Shown in pieces: positions 26,813 to 33,937 of a DNA stretch of 33,937 bases. The DNA comes from Octopus sinensis (taxonomy: Eukaryota). The stretch covers positions 1-33,937 of the forward strand of contig NW_021833413.1 in NCBI RefSeq assembly GCF_006345805.1. The letters run 5' to 3'. The notes under the pieces are model-generated. The model saw only the letters and a program-made list of their open reading frames with translations, was not told the DNA's origin and did no database searches. The position numbers and the translations under genes are program-made. Numbering within the stretch: position 1 is the stretch's first letter; the number at the start of each line of letters is the position of its first letter.

Positions 26813-29800
26813 CTAAAGTTGAGGTATATTAATTGTTTGTCGTAGACCGTTAAGAAGTGGCTTGTATTTTGTAATAAAGAGATTTTCTTTACTTATTCGT
26901 TGTCTCGAGGTTGTATCGTCCCTAAATTGGTAGAGGGGGAAAATTCTGAAGTTTGGTGTTTTTTTGTTGGCGCAAGTATCTATGTGTTGGCTAAAAGCTA
27001 TTTTCTGTTTTTTGGGAATTTTTATCTGGGATCTGTGCAGGGCCATTCGTTTACGCAAACCATTTTTTGTTTGGCCTATGTACTGCTCTTGACACCCGGA
27101 GCAGGTTAGTGAGTATATTAGGTTCTCCGAAGCACATGTGAAGTTGCTTTTCACTGTAAACCGTTGTCCCTGTTTGAAGGAGAACTCAGAACCCTCGATT
27201 AGATAGTCGCATATCCCGCAATTGGGTCTTCCACATTTTTTTACTGTCGGCTTCTGTGTTGAAGAGTGAATTCGGGCTTGTGTAAGGAGACTTTTCATGG
27301 ATCTAGGCTGTCTTTTGCTTTTTATGATCGTGTGTGTTTGGAGGATTGTGTGTCATTCTGTGGTCTTTTTTTAGGAGGGGTATGTTGTGGAGGATGGTGT
27401 CGAAGGCTTCGTTATTGAGAGGGTTGTGTGTGGAGATGTATGGTAAGGCTTTTGGTTGTAAGTTTTTCTTTGATTTGGGATGTCTCAGTTCCTTGATGTT
27501 AAGTTGAAGGGCACGTTGAATGCACTTGTCAATAAGTGAAGGTGGATAGTTCCTGGTGATTAGGGTATCTTTTAGTTCTTGTAGTCGTGTGTCTCTGGTG
27601 TTTGCGTTAGAGACTATAGTGCATATCCTTTTTGCTAGATTGAAGGGGATATTCATCCTGGTGTGTCTGGGGTGGCATGAATTGAATGGAAGATATTGCT
27701 TAGAGTCTGTAGGCTTATAGTATATGTCTGTTTCTATTATATTATTAGCTTTCTTAATGAGGATATCGTGAATTGGATGTTTACGTCCAGTCCGTTTAAA
27801 ATTTTCTGGAATTCTATGAGTTTTTCTATATTTTTATGCCAAAGGATGAAACAGTCATCTAGATATCTCTTCCAGTTGTTTTCTATGTAGATGGAGAAAG
27901 GGCTGCCATATCTTTCTAGAACCTTACGATACAGACTGATCTCTAGGTATCCTATGACTAGGTTGGCAAAGGAGGGGGCCATTCGTGTACCCATCGCAGT
28001 CCCCGATTTTTGTCGGTAGAAGTTGTCATTGAAGGCGAAGAAGTTATTTTCCAGGATGAATTTGACCCCTTCTATCACAAATTCTTTTTTGATGCGGTGT
28101 GGTAGTTCGTTGGCGTGATTCTCTAGCCAGAATTGGATTGCCTCTAGTCCTAGGTTGTGGGGGATATTGGAGTAGAGGTTGACTACATCGAAGGATACCA
28201 GTATGGTGTTTTTGTTTATAGTATTCGGTAGGTGATTGAGCATATCTAAGTCGTCCCTTATATAGCTTTTGACATGTTTGAGGAGTGGTTTTAACAGGGT
28301 GTCTAAAAAGTTACTGAGGCGGTGGGTTTCGCATGCGGGACCTCCTATTATGGGTCTCAATTTGAGGTCATTAGGATTAGGGACTTTAATTATTTTGTCT
28401 GTAGCTATCTTGCATGCGTTGCTTATTTTTTCACTTTTGTGGATCTTAGGTATACCGTAGAATTGGCTAGTTTTACTTGTGAAATTGGTCATATAATCAT
28501 ATTCTTTGTCGGTGAGCCCTGCTTTGTATGGGTTTAATATGGATTTTAGTTCCCTCATTATTTTTGTTGACTGTAGTTTTGTGCCTTTTCATAGTATGTT
28601 GTGTCTTCCAGCATAGAAAGTACCAAAGTTATGTAAAATGTCGTATCCATTAAGACAACAGCACTCCCTTTATCGGCCTCTTTGATTGTTATTGTTTTAT
28701 CTAGTTTTAATTTGTTCAACTCAGCCCATTCTTTTTGCTGAAGTTTGGTTTGTGTTTTTGTTTGTGCATATGTTGATATGGGTAATTTGATATGTGGTCA
28801 CAGAAATCATCAAGTGTTTTATTCTTACCTTTCGAGGGGGTGTAGTTACTCCTATTTCTGGCTAACGATTCGTCGTCCTCGTTGTATTTATCGTATAGCT
28901 CCTCAGTAAGTCTTAATTTTCTGCAGAATTCTGCGATGTCTTCTTTCATTTCATTGTAGTTGGGGTGTTGTGGGGTGGGTGTAAACTTGAGTCCTTTGGA
29001 AAGTATGTTTATTTGGTTTGCTGTTAGTTCCTTGTGAGTTAGATTAATAATTTTTATTACTTTTGGTTCCTCCTGCTTGTTTGGTGCTATCTTGTGTCTC
29101 TGTGTTTGCGTATTGGGTCTAAAAAATGAATGCGGTGGTTGGGACGGTAGCTAGTATATAGTTGTTCTTTGTTGATTAGGGGTCTCCTGTTGTGATTTAT
29201 GGTGTGTGTTCTTGGAGCAGTATTGAGGAGAGCATCCCGATATCCCATATTCGGGTGTGGTGTTCTAGGAGGCCTTCGTTGGTAATCATTGCAAGTGGTG
29301 TGGGTTTGTTGTGCATGGTTGTTTAACCGGTTAATGGGACGAAGATTTCGTTGGTAACTCCTTTGGGTGGGGATGAGGTTGCAGTGTCTATGCTGTGGGT
29401 GTTGATTTATCCTTTCTCTGCTTGAAGTGGGGGTATTCCTGATATTGTATCGTGGCTGCTTACAGAGTTAGGGTTAGGTCCTGTATTCTTTTTTTGATAG
29501 TAGTGAAGGTTCCGATTTTTAGACAGGTGTGTATCGTGTTTGTGTTGTTTTGTTTTGGTTTTCTTATTTTCTGGAAAGGGTTGTTGGAGGCGTGCTCTGT
29601 TTGAAAGACGGCTTCATAGTCTGAGAACCAAGTGGCGCTTTTCTCCCAGCGTTGGAGAGATTTTAGTTCTTCTTTTCACAGTCCTCTTTCCATAGTTTGG
29701 AGAACTTCTCTTGATCTGGGCCTTGGGTCATTTTGCGAATTTCTTCGTTGATATCTTCATCGGTGGATTTTATTTTATCCTCATTCGTTTGGGCCCTCAA

Positions 29801-30399
29801 TTTCAGAAGTTCTATTTCCATTTTCATTTTTTCCAGTGCCATTCTCTCCCTGAGGTGTCTTTGTGTTTCAGGTTCTTCGTAATAGCTTTGAACTGGAATT
29901 TACGTGGGAGGATTAACGGGGTCCGGTTGAGCCATTTTTCGTATATATCCGCTTTGTTGTTGTTTTGGATCATCTTCCAAAAGGCGAACTTTCTATCTCT
30001 GAGTGATTTGTTCCATTGTGGTATTATGTGGTGTTTCATTTGGTATGTTGTTAGAGTATTGATCCCATATATTGACGCGTTTGGAGGTCCTTGGTTAGCG
30101 TTGTTAGAGAAAAATGTTCTAATTGTTTCGCATAAGTTTCCAAGGTTTTCGACAATTTCGGAGGTTGTATTTTTCGTATCTGTTTCTTCATTGTTCTCTC
30201 GATTGGGTTGAAGTGTCGAGTCGAATTTGTTCAAAAAAGTTGACAAATTTGTGTTGATTTTCTTGAGTTCTTTCAGTATTTCTCGTTTATGGAGGTGATT
30301 GTGTCTGTTTTTTCGGCATTTTCTGTATCTCGTGTGGGTTAATGATATGTATAAGGGTGAAAAGGAACACACGAGTTGATATATATGAAAAAAAGTCAA
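26813..30399 (-). pseudogene. PLE polyprotein region: N-terminal ORF, RT, Cys-rich linker, GIY-YIG; several frameshifts
   Basis: Motifs are INLT..KGLKFTP, EADKGSAVV, FYGIPKIHK, LRPII, SFDVVNLYSNIP, GTAMGTRMAP, RYLDD and CGRPNCGIC...NLIYSLTCSGCQEQYIGQT. Confidence 0.93.
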
Positions 30400-31108
30400 A
30401 AATAGAAAATGCTAAAATAATTTTATAGTGAACATTTCAGTACCGGTTTCGGTCATTTTGAGACCTTTTCAACTGTAACGATTAAATAATTAAATTTAGA
30501 AAAATTAGAAGAAAAGTTTTCTTAAAAGAATATTTCTATAGTAGTGTTCAGATTTAAGTGGCATTCTGCCTTTCTCTGACTCCCTTGTTTGCACTTGTGT
30601 GTTCGAGGTAGTTGTGAGTTCTTGGTAGGGTAGTAGAGGGAAGGCTGGTGAGGAAAGGGGGGTGGGAGAATCTGGGAGTGCCCTGATGGTCGTATTTTGA
30701 ATGGTCAGTGGCGGCTGGCAGTCTCAGTTCAATTCAGGAGAATATTTATATTGACAGGCTTGTTTATAGAATTAGCGTAGGTGTTATACTAAAAAACATT
30801 AGTGACAAACTTAAGGGGTAGGGGGGAGAGAAGAAGAGAAGAAGAAAAGAAGAAGAAGAAGAAGGAGAAGGAGAAGATGATGGTGATGGTGGTGATGATT
30901 ATGACGACGATGATGATGATAACGATGATGATGAAGAGAAGAAGAAGGAGAAGGAGAAGATGGTGGTGATGATGGTGGCGATGATGATGATGACGCCGAT
31001 GATGATGATAACGATGATGATGAAGAAGAAGAAGAAAAAAACAGAGAAGGAGAATATGAATGGCTGTAAATATAGCTATGAAGGGGCTGATTAGTAATGG
31101 ATTCTATG
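30380..31108 (-). repeat. 5' pseudo-LTR (truncated at its 5' end)
   Basis: Direct repeat of 26033-26769. Confidence 0.93.
30438..30475 (-). ncRNA. Minimal hammerhead variant with U3-A8 core, identical to 26092-26129
   Basis: Plus strand reads CAGTACCGGTTTCGGTCATTTTGAGACCTTTTCAACTG. Confidence 0.8.
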
Positions 31109-31160
31109 CTGTTGCCGCGGTGTCCACCATATATATATATTTATATATATATATATAATA

Positions 31161-33937
31161 TGGTGGACACCGCCGGCAACAGCATACACCTCACCTCGAT
31201 GCTCCTACTGAACTCAGAGGACTACTAACACACAGTAACAGGACAAAAGTCCCGTTCCTGAGAGACTTTGTCGCATGCATCAAGCCTTATGCATAGCACT
31301 CACAGAAACGCATCTGAAACCGGACATAGCAGATGCGGAATTACACATACCACAGTATGTGGTACTACGGACCGACAGGAAAGAAAGGAGTCATGGAGGA
31401 GTTGCTATGTACATCCGTGGGGACCTCACACCCCAGGTCCTTTTGTCATACTCAAACTCGGTGTGTGACACACTAATTGTACACATAAGGCAACTTGATG
31501 TATTTGTGTGTACTACATATCGCCCTCCATATGCCCCAAATCATATGGGCAAGTTTGAGGACTGCCTTTTAAAAATAGAAGAAGTTCTAATCACATTAGT
31601 AAAACACATAAGTGTACTTCTCATGGGAGACTTCAATCTACCCAATGTCAGATGTGCCGAGGGCCTTTCTCTCCCAGGAATGACAAGATGTGAAGGAGGA
31701 CAGGTGAGGTCCCTCCTGAACCTCATCAACACCCTGTACATGGAGCAAGTAATACTCCAACCAACCAGAGCAGATAACACACTGGATATCTGCTTCACAA
31801 ATAATATGGATCTCATCCATAATGTGAAAGTGACACCGACACTACTCTCGGATCACAACATGGTAGAGCTGACCATGTACGGGCCAAAAGAGAGCACGGA
31901 CATGCAGCCTACAAGAAACCCTCAGAATCTTTCCAGCTTGAACTTCAATAAGGCAAACTGGAAACAAATTGAGAAAAAGATCCTCAAAATAAACTGGCCT
32001 GAATGTCTCTCCCCGCCGGACATCGACCCGATACTTCAACAATTCATGTCTGTAATGCAAGCCATATGCTACAAATGTGTCCCAGAGAGAAAGGCCACTG
32101 TACACAAGAACAAAATCCCCAGAGAGAGGAAAATTTTAATGAGACGGCGTACAAAAATTTCAAATCGCCTAAACACACAAATTGAAAGCAGTGAAAAGTC
32201 CCGCCTGAAACTAAAACTGTTGGAAATTGAAAATTGTCTGCAACTCTCCCATGAGAAGGAAAGAGCAGACAAAGAAGCCTGGGCTATAGACAACATAAAA
32301 ACTAAGCCTAGAGCTTTCTACAGGTATGCCAAAGAAACAGCTACGGTGCACTGTAGGATAGGGCCGCTCCTTGAAAAGGATGGCACACTCACAGGAAAAC
32401 CAATGAGGGTAAGTGAAATACTGAATGAACAATTCAAGAGTGTTTTCACTCCACCCTTTGGGCATTTCCAAATCAGCAATCCAGCTGACTTCTTTACCAC
32501 TGCAGATATAAAATCAGAGGCGGCGACGATAAATTACATCGATATAAAGGAAGACGATGTAATAAAGGCTATAGATGAAATGAAAACAGACTCAGCTATT
32601 GGCCCCGATGGATTCCCGGCAATCCTCCTAAAAGTATGTAAGAGAGTCCTAGCAAGACCACTGCAGTTCCTCTTTCAGAGCTTCCTTGCAGCTGGCAAAC
32701 TTTCAAGAAAACTGAAGGAAGGTAAAATATGCCCTATTCATAAAGGAAGTAGCAGAGCGGAGGCCAAGAACTATAGACCTATCTCTCTGACCTCACACAT
32801 CAGCAAGGTCATGGAACAAATAGTCAGAAGGAAACTAATCACCTTCCTTGAAGAAAATGACTTGCTGCCTGACACCCAACGTGGTTTCCGACCAGGAAGA
32901 AGCTGCTTAACTCAGCTCCTGCAGCACTATGACTGGGTGCTGAAACAACTGCTCAACCACTCAAATGTGGAAGTCATATATCTCGACTTCGCAAAGGCCT
33001 TCGATAAAGTTGATCATGGAATGATATGTCACAAACTGCGTGATCTTGGCATAGTTGGAAAACTAGGAGAATGGATTCATGACTTTCTGAAGAATAGAAG
33101 TCAGGTGGTAGCACAGGGCACTGTTTTGGGACCACTGCTGTTCATAATGGCCCTCTCAGACATGCCCTCAGCCACGCGGAGAGCCACGATCACAAGTTAT
33201 GCAGATGATACAAAAGTTTCACAGGCAATACAGAACCCTGAGGACACTAAGCACCTGCAATGTGAGCTGGACGAAATATACAAGTGGGCTGAAAAGAATA
33301 GCATGCAGTTCAATGCTGAAAAGTTTCAAGCTTTATACTATCAGCATGCAAAACTGAATGCAATACCCAATGAATACACTGGACCCGGAGGGATTGCAAT
33401 CCCAGAGGCACAATCAGTGCGTGACCTGGGTATTCACATGAGTGATGACGCGACCTTTCATGTACATGTTGCTAAACTGACAATGAAATGCAAACGGCTG
33501 GCTGGATGGATTCTTAGAACCTTTAGAACAAGAGAACAAGAAACCATGATGGTCCTCTGGAAGACACTTGTCCTAAGCCACTTTGACTATTGCTCTCAGC
33601 TATGGTCACCATCCAGTGTCAAGTTGATCACAGAACTTGAGGCGATCCAACGAAGCTACACGAAGAAGATAGCCTCTGTGCAGCATACGAGCTACTGTGA
33701 GAGACTCAAGAGATTAAAGCTCGATTCCCTGGAGCGTAGGCGAGAAAGATATGCCATAATATATATCTGGAAGATCCTGGAAGGTCTTGTCCCAGACTTT
33801 GGCATCAAGAGTCACACAAACGCCAGAACCGGACGCCACTGCGTAGTACCAAGGACTCCAAATTTGCCATCAAGATGTAGGACAAGATATTGTGATAGCC
33901 TGGGCTTCAGAGGCCCACGGCTCTTCAATGTCCTCCG
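31161..33937 (+). mobile_element. CR1-group LINE copy D, 5'-truncated just before ORF2; runs off the window
   Basis: Colinear with 9078-11830 at high identity, with frameshifts and an internal deletion near 33112 that removes part of the GVPQG region. Confidence 0.95.

Larger units (their letters stand above)
26033..31108 (-). mobile_element. Near-complete Penelope-like element, Neptune-type, with direct pLTRs
   Basis: RT and GIY-YIG coding sequence is flanked by direct repeats 26033-26769 and 30380-31108, each with a hammerhead. Confidence 0.93.

Noticed and set aside
26033-31108. LTR retrotransposon interpretation of the direct repeats
   Set aside because: There are no TG...CA ends, protease or integrase, and the RT and GIY-YIG are Penelope-type.

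Overview
This is a gene-free, extremely repeat-rich eukaryotic region. The long degenerate (TA)n tracts and the SINE/LINE/Penelope mix suggest a cephalopod such as octopus, which is an inference. Nearly all non-microsatellite DNA is mobile. It holds four copies of a CR1-group LINE: one apparently near full length with a Myb/SANT-like plus CCCH zinc-finger ORF1, two 5'-truncated, and one from a more divergent subfamily. It also holds two SINE copies sharing the LINE 3' stem-loop, one clear and one probable non-autonomous Helitron, and about five Penelope-like element (PLE) insertions. These are a near-complete Neptune-type element with direct pLTRs, two GIY-YIG-bearing truncated elements (one a 6.2-kb fold-back) and two miniature fold-backs. 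The most notable signals not shown by the ORF track are four. First, minimal hammerhead ribozymes from four PLE families show all of the C3-G8, U3-A8 and G3-C8 core variants. Second, U-rich slippery heptamers with -1 frameshift geometry occur in both the PLE and the LINE. Third, the LINE ORF1 has an unusual domain architecture. Fourth, the SINE and LINE share a covarying 3' hairpin. No host gene is supported.
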